Assembly (NCBI RefSeq): GCF_001194135.2
Contig: NC_068986.1
Span: forward strand, 30,736,451-30,800,450
DNA length: 64,000 nt
Direction of reading: 5' to 3'
From: Octopus bimaculoides
Lineage: Eukaryota
Within the stretch, counting starts at the first letter, position 1; every line of letters begins with the position of its first letter. The notes beneath the pieces were generated by a model. That model had not been told where the DNA came from and did no database searches. It was given only the letters and a program-made list of their open reading frames with translations. Positions 1-23,880 of this stretch are shown piece after piece. Both the position numbers and the translations under genes were made by a program.

Positions 1-838
1 AGAAATTATTATTTGTTAAAGTGTATGTGTAAATGTTGGTTAAATACCAATTGTATGAAAAATGTAATTTTATGAACATGCAAAGAAAACAATCTGCCAA
101 AAACAAAAAGTTATATTAGGTTTGTTTTTTTTTTAATGTCTTTGCATTTATCAAAAATTATTCTCGTTTTTATCAGCCTATGGAATAAATCATTAATGTG
201 ATCTTTTATTTTTAACGACGGCCTGATCCTCTGTTTACTGATATTACTAGATTTTTTTTTTTTTTTTTTTATATACATCATATACATATATGCACAACAA
301 TTTAAATGGTGCCACATAAATGTCATTGCTGGTAAGACTTTTATACTCTCTCACTCTGTCACATCCGAACTCACTCCTAATAATGAATCACTGCAGCCCG
401 TATCAGAAATACAGGCATGGAGTTCTCTATATAATAGAGTAAAAAAAAAATAATTAAATAAAGGAAATGCTCACCAGTAAAATATACTATTTTGAATAAT
501 TAAGATGTGGTGTAAATCATTACAGTAATCAAAATAATTGAATCTGCTGGAATTTCAGATTCAGTCCACCGTTTGTCTAGCAATGGAGTGTGCCTGCATG
601 TACGTACGTATGTATGTGAGTGTGTGCATGTGCGTGTTCATACATCTGAGAGAATGTACTCCAACCGACTGACACACTGTATCAGTTTTTATAAATAAAT
701 TTGTACAAAATGTCTTGTGATGATTTCTAATATAAAAAGAAAAAAATAAATAAAAGCATTTTAAGGTTAATCACATTGTTCGCTTTCATTTAAGGAATAT
801 TTTTTCTTGTGTTCTGTCTCTTTCTCTGTAAAAGCTTA

Positions 839-960
839 TACAGGGTGTTCAAAAAGTGAATTTTTTTTCATCCTGCCCATCACCATGGCGCGACTTCAAG
901 AGTTTTTCGGTGAATGGATTATTTCAAAGGGATTTTGGCCACTAAGATCACCAGTTTCTA
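839..960 (+). mobile_element. Tiny Tc1/mariner relic
   Basis: TACAGGGTGTTCAAAAAGT TIR-like end joined to LQEFFGEWIISKGFWPLRSP (WPPRSPDL-like). Confidence 0.6.
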
Positions 961-1943
961 TTCCCAAGATATATATATATATATGAGTGGTTGGCGTTAG
1001 GAAGGGCATCCAGCTGTAGAAACTCTGCCAAATTAGATTGGAGCCTGGTGTTGCCATCCGGTTTCACCAGTCCTCAGTCAAATTGTCCAACCTACACTAG
1101 CATGGAAAGCGGACGTTAAACGACGATGATGATGATGATGATGATGATATAATATAAATGCACAAAAATATATATATATACAATAGTCGAGTACCTTGTT
1201 GCTGGGTAATTTTCACAATAGAATGCCTTGGTGGACTTTTGGAATAGCATACCCATATAAGTGGGATTTTCTGTTTTGATGGAGGGGTTTCAAATTTTTC
1301 TCTCTATACCCCTGCAGATGATGGGTGGGGGAAGCTTTTTATGAAAAAATTTTGGAAAATTTGATTCTTCTCCCACTGGACTTTTTTACGTATATTTTTC
1401 AAACCTCCTCCCTAACTCGGTACCAATTTTGGCTTTTTTTTTTTTCTTTTGCACTGTACACAAGAAAAACTGTATTGGTTTAAAAAAAAAAGGAATTTTG
1501 GGAAATCAACGATCACCATTACAACCACCACCACTTTTATTTTCAAATAGAAAATTAAACACAATTCAAAAACAATAGATCATAGTTTTAAAATACAGAT
1601 AGTCCAAATCTATAATTTGTTTCCTTTTATAATTGTAAAATAATTTTCAGACAGAAAGGTGTATGATTTGAGGAAGATATAGCTGTTGTTTGCAGCACAT
1701 TGTACAGCCACCTAGCACCTTACTCGCTTCTTTGTCACTCTGACGTATTGATATTTTTCTCCCCATAAACACATCTTATGGAATGATAATGCAGAAGTAA
1801 CTGCTTAGATTTTTTTTAAATCACTCTGTTGCCCTAATGAAATTCCTTACACATGTTCATACACTGTAAGCAATGTACATATACAGAGTGAGAGAGAAAG
1901 TGAAAAATGAAAGAGATATACAAATAAAGAGATTCGAGTGAGA

Positions 1944-2343
1944 TCGTTGCCAGTGCCACTGGACTGGCTGCTATGCAGGACACGAAACTTGGCTTGTGAA
2001 GACCTGTTGGGGCAAGCAAAATCGTGACGGCACCTGTGCCCAGCGTCGCCTTCCTGGCACGTGCAAAGACATTTGAGCGAGATCGTTGCCAGTGCCGCTG
2101 GACTGGCTCCTGTGCAGGTGGCACGTAAAATACACCATTTTGAGCATTGCCAGTACCGTCTGACTGGCCTTCATGCTGGTGGCACGTAAAAGCACCCACT
2201 ACACTCTCGGAGTGGTTGGCGTTAGGAAGGGCATCCAGCTGTAGAAACTCTGCCAAATCAGATTGGAGCCTGGTGTAGCCATCTGGTTCACCAGTCCTCA
2301 GTCAAATCGTCCAACCCATGCTAGCATGGAAAGCAGACGTTAA
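1944..2343 (+). mobile_element. (GAT)n-tailed retroposon/SINE (family A)
   Basis: Core agtggttggcgttaggaagggcatccagctgtagaaactctgcc..ccaacccatgctagcatggaaagc.gacgttaaacgatgatgatg, with a repeated 5' unit gagatcgttgccagtgcc. Other copies: 987-1148, 19320-19564, 32690-32890 (-), 34590-34740 (-), 50350-50567, 63750-64000 (-). Confidence 0.85.
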
Positions 2344-2777
2344 NNNNNNNNNNNNNNNNNNNNNNNNNNNNNNNNNNNNNNNNNNNNNNNNNNNNNNNNN
2401 NNNNNNNNNNNNNNNNNNNNNNNNNNNNNNNNNNNNNNNNNNNNNNNNNNNNNNNNNNNNNNNNNNNNNNNNNNNNNNNNNNNNNNNNNNNNNNNNNNNN
2501 NNNNNNNNNNNNNNNNNNNNNNNNNNNNNNNNNNNNNNNNNNNNNNNNNNNNNNNNNNNNNNNNNNNNNNNNNNNNNNNNNNNNNNNNNNNNNNNNNNNN
2601 NNNNNNNNNNNNNNNNNNNNNNNNNNNNNNNNNNNNNNNNNNNNNNNNNNNNNNNNNNNNNNNNNNNNNNNNNNNNNNNNNNNNNNNNNNNNNNNNNNNN
2701 NNNNNNNNNNNNNNNNNNNNNNNNNNNNNNNNNNNNNNNNNNNNNNNNNNNNNNNNNNNNNNNNNNNNNNNNNNNNT

Positions 2778-3030
2778 TTATGGACAACCTTCTCTTCAAG
2801 ATGGATTTCAAAAATCAAATTTGCTTTTCTCAACAACACACTTACATAACCACGCGTGTAAGAGGCATAGTGACGGATACCTTTGTATCTGACCAGGGGT
2901 TAGTTAACTTTTTATGTTACCACCTTAGTAGTAAGATCAGGCTGGAGAAGAGGTACCTGTCACGAGACAGATTCATGAGAAGATGGAAGCCAGTGGCGAG
3001 GAAGCTGGGAGTGTTTGGCACCAGGTAAGT
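2778..3030 (+). mobile_element. Probable 3' end of an L1/Tx1-like LINE ORF2
   Basis: RGIVTDTFVSDQGLVNFLCYHLSSKIRLEKRYLSRDRFMRRW resembles the C-termini of Tx1-type ORF2. Recalled similarity only. Confidence 0.45.
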
Positions 3031-5608
3031 GGAAGCCAAAAGCAAGGGGTCTACCCTGGTGGTCTGATGCCTATCTTTCAGGAAAGCCATTACAAATTGC
3101 ATCTGTAATGAGCAATGCTTTAATCGAACATTGGGAATATAATCAAATTATTATTGTATATTTAAGATTGTAAATATTTAATCAATACAGCTACTTCACC
3201 CCTTTTATGTTTGTTTGTCCCCTCTTTGTAATGCCTTTATGGCAAATATTTATGAAATAAAGTAGCTTGTTTCCAAACCACATGGTTCCGGGTTCAGTCC
3301 CACTGTGTGGCAACTTGGGCAACTGTTTTCTACTATAGCCTCAGGCCAAACTAAGACTTGTAAGTGGATTTGGTAAGCGGAAACTGAAAGAAGCCCATCA
3401 TATATGTATATATATATATAAGTACATATGTGTCTGTGTTTATTCCTCCCAACATTGCTTGACAACCATTGACGGTGGTGTGTTTACGTCCCTGTAACCT
3501 AGCAGTTCAGCAAAAAAGACTGCTATAATAAGAACTAGATTTACAAAGAANNNNNNNNNNGTCCAACCCATGCTAGCATGGAAAGCAGACGTTAAACGAT
3601 GATGATGAAGTGAATATTTGTGAATTTGGTATATTGATATAGTTTGTCATGTTTAATCTGACTCTGATTCATTTATTCTAGAAAAATTTGAGAAAAATGT
3701 TACAGAGGTTTAAAGTTTGATCGTTTTTACCCAATCAAGACAATAGGATTTGTGCATGATAGCAGACATTAGAAGACAAAGTTTTAAACAAAAATGAAAG
3801 CAACTGCATGCCATATGAAGAGAGTGGGGGAGCAGCATGTGTGAGAGACAATACATATACAGAGAGAACGTGATCTATAAGTTGAGTTATTTCTCATGGC
3901 AAATTTTTTTTTTTTTTTTTTNNNNNNNNNNNNNNNNNNNNNNNNNNNNNNNNNNNNNNNNNNNNNNNNNNNNNNNNNNNNNNNNNNNNNNNNNNNNNNN
4001 NNNNNNNNNNNNNNNNNNNNNNNNNNNNNNNNNNNNNNNNNNNNNNNNNNNNNNNNNNNNNNNNNNNNNNNNNNNNNNNNNNNNNNNNNNNNNNNNNNNN
4101 NNNNNNNNNNNNNNNNNNNNNNNNNNNNNNNNNNNNNNNNNNNNNNNNNNNNNNNNNNNNNNNNNNNNNNNNNNNNNNNNNNNNNNNNNNNNNNNNNNNN
4201 NNNNNNNNNNNNNNNNNNNNNNNNNNNNNNNNNNNNNNNNNNNNNNNNNNNNNNNNNNNNNNNNNNNNNNNNNNNNNNNNNNNNNNNNNNNNNNNNNNNN
4301 NNNNNNNNNNNNNNNNNNNNNNNNNNNNNNNNNNNNNNNNNNNNNNNNNNNNNNNNNNNNNNNNNNNNNNNNNNNNNNNNNNNNNNNNNNNNNNNNNNNN
4401 NNNNNNNNNNNNNNNNNNNNNNNNNNNNNNNNNNNNNNNNNNNNNNNNNNNNNNNNNNNNNNNNNNNNNNNNNNNNNNNNNNNNNNNNNNNNNNNNNNNN
4501 NNNNNNNNNNNNNNNNNNNNNNNNNNNNNNNNNNNNNNNNNNNNNNNNNNNNNNNNNNNNNNNNNNNNNNNNNNNNNNNNNNNNNNNNNNNNNNNNNNNN
4601 NNNNNNNNNNNNNNNNNNNNNNNNNNNNNNNNNNNNNNNNNNNNNNNNNNNNNNNNNNNNNNNNNNNNNNNNNNNNNNNNNNNNNNNNNNNNNNNNNNNN
4701 NNNNNNNNNNNNNNNNNNNNNNNNNNNNNNNNNNNNNNNNNNNNNNNNNNNNNNNNNNNNNNNNNNNNNNNNNNNNNNNNNTACATATGTGTCTGTGTTT
4801 ATTCCTCCCAACATTGCTTGACAACCATTGACGGTGGTGTGTTTACGTCCCTGTAACCTAGCAGTTCAGCAAAAAAGACTGCTATAATAAGAACTAGATT
4901 TACAAAGAATAAGTCCTGGGGTCAATTTTTTAGACTAAAGGTGGTGCTCCAGCATGCCCGCAATCAAATGACTGAAACAAATAAAAGCATAAAAGAGTTT
5001 GATCAATTTTATAATTTTACAACCATTTGAATGCATTGCGAAAGAATTCTTTATTATTAAACAAAAATAATTTTTTTAAAAGCAATATTATTTTCTTTAA
5101 TTATATTTACCAATAATAATAATTGCATGATGATTTTTTTCTCTTTTCATTTTTTTCTTTTTTTTTGAAAGAATGTAGATTTGTATAATTTCCACTAGAT
5201 TTCAGTGGCTTGGTACAGTTGAGAAATAATTAAATAATTTCAGACCCAATAGAAGCCTTACACGTAAAATGGCCATTCCTTAGAATGCTTCCCATTTTGA
5301 TGCTAGCAACATTTTAGATTAATATTGCCCAATACACAAAGGAGTCAGATCTGTTTTAGTATCATACCCAATTTCCATCACTCAGTTTTTTTGTTTTTTT
5401 CAAATATTAAACAGATTTCATCCCACTTACACTTTCTTGAGAGGGATGAAATTAGTTCTGATGTTTTATATCCATTGGAGTCTTTTGCATCGTATAACAT
5501 GAGCCAAATATGGTCCATTATATTTTTTTATATATATATTTATTTTATTTTATTTTTTTTTTATATATAAAATTAGATATTTTGGTCTTCCTTTTTCGTT
5601 CATCAAGG

Positions 5609-18610
<13,002 letters not shown>

Positions 18611-18782
18611 CTTTGCGGTAAAGCAAATAGTAGAAAAAACTTCAGATTGGAACTTGTTTTGGTAAATGAATCGAAAAAAAGACCACGTTAATGTTTTTAA
18701 AAAACGTGCAAAAATCCGAAAAGTCAAAAGAAAATAAAATAATATTAACTATTGAAGAGTTACCACCCTTGAACCATCGAAG

Positions 18783-18819
18783 ACTTCCGGTTAACCACGT
18801 GAAATTCTCTTCCGGAAGA
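18783..18819. promoter_or_regulatory. METTL9 proximal promoter motifs (ETS, E-box)
   Basis: ACTTCCGG 18783-90, CACGTG 18796-801 and palindromic TCTTCCGGAAGA 18808-19, about 180-210 bp upstream of the METTL9 ATG. Confidence 0.5.
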
Positions 18820-19114
18820 TTATGGTTTAAATCGCAGACAGGAAAGTTTGCTGATAATAATCCTTGAACTCAAACATACACACATAAATATATTATCATC
18901 TTAGCATATTGTTGTTACTTAGATTTTAGAGTTACACTATTCGTGAACATCGATAACAACAATGTGATATTTCAAATTTTAATGAAATATACAAATTCTA
19001 CTGCATAGTACCATTTTCTCTTACATGAGACGTTGGGACTCACAGAGGGGATGACGGGACCGAGACTCCTAGCGGTTTGCTGTGCTTGAAAAGACACTTC
19101 AACCGAAGTAAAAG

Positions 19115-19278
19115 CGGTAATTTTTCAGATTAACACCCGCACGATCTTCACTAGGGTTTTAGGGTTACAGTTACGGTTAGGGACGGAATTCCCTAACCCT
19201 AACCTTAAAACTAACCCTGACCCTAAAACCCTAACCTCCTAAGGAAGATCGTGCGGGTGTTAATCTGAAAAATTACCG
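19115..19278. mobile_element. MITE with perfect 35-bp TIRs and a telomere-like core
   Basis: 19115-19149 is the exact reverse complement of 19244-19278. A 6-bp direct repeat TAAAAG flanks it (19109-14, 19279-84). The core has TTAGGG-like repeats facing CCCTAA-like repeats. Confidence 0.85.
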
Positions 19279-21027
19279 TAAAAGCGTTGTTGTCCTTGTC
19301 CCCTGCATTCCTCGCCAGCTGAGCATTCATAATTTTGTGTGCTGGTGTCACGTAAAAAGCACCCATACCAGTGCCACGTAAAACCCGTGCCAGTGTTGCG
19401 TAAAAGGCAACCAGTACAATCTGTAAAGTGGTTAGCATTAGGAAGGGCGCCCAGCCGTAGAAACCATGCCAAAACAAAGAGCCTGGGCAGCTGTTCCACC
19501 GGCCATCTCCTGTCAAGTCATCCAACCCCATGCCAGCATGGAAAGCAGACGTTAAATGATGATGGCGTGTGTGTGTGTATAAGCAGTTACTCCTACTGGA
19601 GTTAACTGTTCTATGCGAGAGGATGGAAGAGGCTCAAGCGAGAAAAAGAACCGAGTAGCAGAAGTTTGTGGAGGACTGCTGTAAGAATGAGTGACATTTG
19701 CAGGTTGTGTTCTGAGTGATGCCTATGGAACTCTGGGTATTTCAGAAGCTGCTGCTACAGAAAGTAACATGGAGGGGATCAAATCTAGAACACTGTAGCT
19801 CTGTAGCAAACTTCTTGACCACACAATCTTATTGGTTTGTGACTTGATTGATCACCTCTAGATTACCACTTATTTATATAGTTATCACAAAGGCTGTCTT
19901 CTGTCTTCCTCTAGTTTCAAAATATGTTACAGCAAATGAAATAAGTAACACTCAGAGCTAGTTAATTTCTTGCAATATACTATGGTTTTAGCAGGATTTA
20001 ATACTGACAAGTGACTTTAACAAGATAGCTTCATGATAGCTTTTTGTTAGGAAATATAGAGATAATTTTTGTAACATTGTATCAAGAGATTGCTTGATGT
20101 TTAACTCTTAAATAGCAAGAAAGGGTTGCATGAATGTATCTACCAAATGGGCAGATGATATTTAACTCTCTTAGATTATATAAAGACAAAAAGGCAATAA
20201 AATCATTTGAACATGAATTTATTTAAGACATTCACATTTTGTTGTCAAAAGAATGGAGAAATGGAGAAAAACTGGTGCACTTTTTCATTCAAAGTTAATT
20301 GAAGCTTCACTTCCTCCTGTGCTCTTTGGAGCATCAGCATCATCATCTACTTCATCTGATTATAAAGGAAAACCAGAAAAAAACCTTCATCACTGTATTA
20401 ATTTTCCGTTTGTGACTTGGCTTCCCCCATTGATAAGGCTCACTTATGTTTAGGTGCATTTGATGAAGGAGACACTTTGGCATCAATAGATGATGGCTCT
20501 ATCCATGTAAATTTCTTGCAACATCAATTGATGACATCTGCTATAAAATATATTCAAGTTACAGTTTATGGGAATTCAGAGTAATACTGTCATTGCAGTA
20601 TGAAAGGATCTTATGTACAAGAATGACTTAGTTTTACAACTGTATACACTTTCTCAATATCTGGTGACAAGAGTCAGGGTTTGAAGGGGAACATCCTGAC
20701 TCCATTGTGAACATAACTGAAACCATCTTGTTAGATGAAATGTAGGCTTTCAACAGTTGTGTGTACAAACATCTCATCACTCTCACACTCAACAATGCAA
20801 CAATTGGCTTATTGGACATTCTTTGGACTTTTATATGTCCAGTTAGGCAATTGGCCATGAGTATATTACAATATTCATTTGTGTATAAGATGCACTTTTT
20901 TTCCTTGTAAAACATGATTATGTGATTTCCACAATACTGGCACTACATCAAATGTATTTATATGTATTACACTGATAAAGTTCAAAATTCACTTTTGAAT
21001 TTGCTTTGTTGCATTAGTATGCAATTG

Positions 21028-21680
21028 GGATCTTGTTCAAAACGGGGGCACCAGTATTTTCTTAACGAAACACTTTGAAACTTGGGACACTGGTAGAATG
21101 TGTCATATAAAACATCTTTTACTCTTAGTCTTCTTAACAAAAAAACGTACATCGCAACTTATTTCATGTTCAAGTTGTCATATTTCTGTAATTTCAACCA
21201 ATCACTGACGTCTATTCAGTTGAATAGAGTTACTGCTGGCCGGTCATAAAAATGTTATTCCCTGTGACATATTTCATCCGGTTTAATCGTAATTTATACG
21301 CATATATTGTTTATATAATAAATTACGCTGTGCATATCTATGTGTGTAACAATTTTAGAGTTCGGATTCTAGAGTTAGGGTTAGTTTTAGGGTTAGGGTT
21401 AGGGTTAACAGTCTAGTTAAGGTTAGGGTTAGAACTAACGGGGATTAATACGATATACACCGTTACAGCGCTAACTGTTTTCAACTGAATAGACGTCAGT
21501 GATTAGTAGAAATTATCGAAATAAGACAATTTTTTACATGAAATAAATTCGAATACAAAAATTTTTTTCTGTTCTATAACACAAAATAGATAAGTATACG
21601 AAGTTTGAAAGTCTTTCGGTACCAAAAACACTACATAAAACATAAATGAAAACTGGTGCCCCCCGTTTTGAATAAGATCC
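21028..21680. mobile_element. MITE / non-autonomous DNA transposon with an internal (TTAGGG)n-like tract
   Basis: ~28-bp TIRs GGATCTTGTTCAAAACGGGGGCACCAGT / ACTGGTGCCCCCCGTTTTGAATAAGATCC, an inner inverted pair at ~21200-21230 and ~21478-21505, and TTAGGG-like repeats at 21373-21431. Confidence 0.8.
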
Positions 21681-21870
21681 TGCAACTGCACATTATTTGA
21701 GAACCACAGATATAAGATTTCACTCTGGTACTCACCTCGGTGCATGCTTACTTATAGCAGGAACAGTTGTAAGCTAATGAAAGTGTTTATGTAACTCCTG
21801 TTCTTTTATCATTCTTTACTGATTGATGTTACAATCTGTACTTAGCTGATGCTTTACTGTAAAGTATAAG

Positions 21871-22701
21871 TACAAGGTGGTATCAAAAAGTTCTCGGACT
21901 AGTTCTGGTGCCAAGTGACAACATTGTGTTTACTTTGCAAGTTGTGAGATTTGTGCTTTTGTGATCACATGTATGCTGTAGTCTGCAATTTTGTCATGGA
22001 CAGGAACAAATAGCCAACATGACATTTTACGTTAAACTTGAGAAGTCTGCTACAAAGAGATTGAGCATGCTCTGGCAAGCTTACAGTGATGAGACAATGA
22101 GTCATATGCAATGTTTTGAGCTGCATGGACGCTTCAGATGAGGAATAACGTCCCTGGAAGACAATGAGCATTCTGGAAGGCCTGCCACGAGCGTCATCCC
22201 CAGAAATGTGGTATTGGGCACTGTGAATGTGTCTTCCAGGGCTGGACCATCAATTGGGAGTTCTTCTACTATGTTTTGAAGTGTTTGAGGGAGGAAATTC
22301 AGCAAAAGCAACTGAATCTGTGGTGCACAAAGAATTAGATTCTTCACAACAATGCACCCTATTACCAAGTTCTTCTCATTTGTGAGTTCCTTGCCAAAAG
22401 CAACATGGTATCTCTTCTGCACTTGCCTTATTCGCCAGATTTAGCACTTGCAGACTTCCATATTTTCCCCAAGGTGAAAATGCAGCTCAAAGGTCAAATT
22501 TTAACACTGTTGTTGAGGTCAAGATTGGATCACAGAAGGTCCTTGACTCACTGGAAAATGACTTCCAGGCCGGATTCCAAAATTGGCTGGGATGCTGGGC
22601 AAGGTTACTCTTTTGAAGGAGATGATGTTAAATCTTAGGCAAATAAGTAATTTTTTTATTAAAACATAACTAGCCTGGGAACTTTTTGAAACCACCTCAT
22701 A
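21871..22701 (+). mobile_element. Internally deleted mariner transposon
   Basis: TIRs TACAAGGTGGTATCAAAAAGT / ACTTTTTGAAACCACCTCATA with TA ends. Degraded N-terminal HTH coding (..SLED.E.SGRP-like at ~22150) and C-terminal PYSPDLALADFHIFPKVKMQLKG (WVPHEL/YSPDL family motif). Confidence 0.88.
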
Positions 22702-23081
22702 TATTAGAAGTTATCACTACAACTACATGGAATCATAATATATATTACACACACACACTTTAAAGTCCATTTTCCATGCTGGCATTGGTAGGATGGTTCA
22801 ATAAGAGCTGGCAAGCCAGAGGATTGCATCAGGCTCCAATAAAGAATTATATTTAATTGTTTCACTTTAGGAAACATAAAAACCTTCCCTTACCATCTTC
22901 ATCTTCATTTTATTTTTCTATTTAACAAAGCTATATTTAAAAAATCTCCCACCCCTATCCATCCTTTGTGCAAATGATCTTCAATATATACATGGTCTAT
23001 CAACCATTATTTTTAAACAAAACTCTTCAATCAACCATTGGCAGGAGAAACATGGAAGTTCTTTATTTCATTGATTCTTCG

Positions 23082-23455
23082 TTTACTCTTTAACTTGTTT
23101 CAAGTATTAGACTGCGGCTATGCTGGGGCACCGCCTTGAAGAATATTAGTCGAATAGATTGACCTCAGTACTTTTATTTTTTAAGTTTGGTACTTATTCC
23201 ATTGATTTCTTTTGCCGAACTGCTATGTTACAGGAACATAAACACACCAGCAACAGTTTTCAAACAGGGGTGAAGGACACAAACAGCCACACACACATAC
23301 ATATATATATATGAACAGCTTCTTTCTGTTTCCGTTTACCAAATCCAGTCAAGCCTATAGTAGAAAACACTAGTCCAACCTGCCACACAGTGGGACTGAA
23401 CCTGGAACCATGTGGTTGGGAAGTAAACTTCTTACCAGACAACCACTCCTGCACC
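23082..23455 (-). mobile_element. tRNA-derived SINE family B
   Basis: Reverse complement of the 57271-57667 element from head to tail, about 430 bp upstream of the RPL14 ATG. Confidence 0.8.
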
Positions 23456-23837
23456 TCAACCAATAACAAATATACATTCCCATGTTTTGGAAACAAAAAA
23501 GAACTTCCTCTCTGCAAAAAAAATAAAACAAGAAAAAAAAGTAGATTATTTTAATCAAACAAATAAATTTTGTGCAGTGGTTTATTATCCTGCAAATGGG
23601 GTGCATCACAGCCTGCTTGTGATAAAATTATTTATGCATTTTATATTCATGTTGTCGAACTGTCATTAATAGCAGAAATAGTAGCTAAGTTCATACATGA
23701 AAAAAAAAAAGAAATAATATGGGGATACAACCCACCCCCCTACCTCAATGTATGAGAAACTTTTTGTTGTTCTCTATTAACCATGCAAGGAAAACTTTAT
23801 CCTTAAGTCTAGTCTCGTTTTGAAATTGAAGTAATGA

Positions 23838-23864
23838 GCATGCGCTAAGTGCTACATCCTTTAC
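23838..23864 (+). promoter_or_regulatory. RPL14 TCT-like start and NRF1-like site
   Basis: GCATGCGC at 23838-45, then TCCTTT at 23857-62, about 20 nt before the ATG. Confidence 0.5.
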
Positions 23865-23880
23865 GCGCAGCGGTAACGCC

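Noticed and set aside
19150-19240. True interstitial telomere or chromosome fusion scar
   Set aside because: The repeats are short and degenerate and are enclosed by perfect TIRs with a TSD, indicating a transposon.
20250-20915. Possible additional gene between METTL9 and RPL14
   Set aside because: All frames have stops and there is no recognisable domain or splice-consistent ORF. It may be a decayed transposon.
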